Shown one piece after another: positions 63,969 to 64,000 of a stretch of 64,000 bases of DNA (its first letter is position 1; each line of letters starts with the position of its first letter). Source of the DNA: Eukaryota sp. GEM-RC1. Taxonomy: Eukaryota. The notes beneath the pieces were generated by a model that made no database searches, was not told the origin of the DNA, and saw nothing but the letters and a program-made list of their open reading frames with translations. The stretch spans positions 1,736,001 through 1,800,000 of the forward strand of contig JAUFOQ010000004.1 of the NCBI GenBank assembly GCA_040285855.1. Reading direction: 5' to 3'. Made by a program: the position numbers and the translations under genes.

Positions 63969-64000
63969 CTCCTTGTGGGAAGTGGGGCTTCTATCCTCAG

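Overview
AT-rich, intron-poor eukaryotic DNA, probably from a protist (inference), dominated by transposon debris: hAT MITEs with 8-bp TSDs, MULE elements, CRE-like non-LTR 3' tails and an internally deleted Ty3/gypsy element. Host genes include calnexin, a TBCC-domain protein, two very large surface proteins, a membrane P-loop ATPase, a secreted protein and an LRR protein. Many genes, calnexin included, are split by single-base indels mostly in homopolymers, which looks like long-read assembly error. The standout is a convergent pair of ~6 kb genes (41596-47654 +, 50934-56690 -). Once the frameshifts and one in-frame TAA per copy are bridged, each encodes a ~2000-aa polyprotein: leader, 2A ribosome-skipping peptide, two SENP8/Ulp1-like protease domains, a degenerate PolB-type exonuclease domain, a Fanzor1-type RuvC nuclease with an intact D-E-D triad, and CCHC knuckle(s). 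Each is followed by a conserved, structured omegaRNA-like 3' segment. A third 2A peptide heads a decayed USP-like ORF just upstream. All domain calls come from motif recognition by eye; no searches were run.
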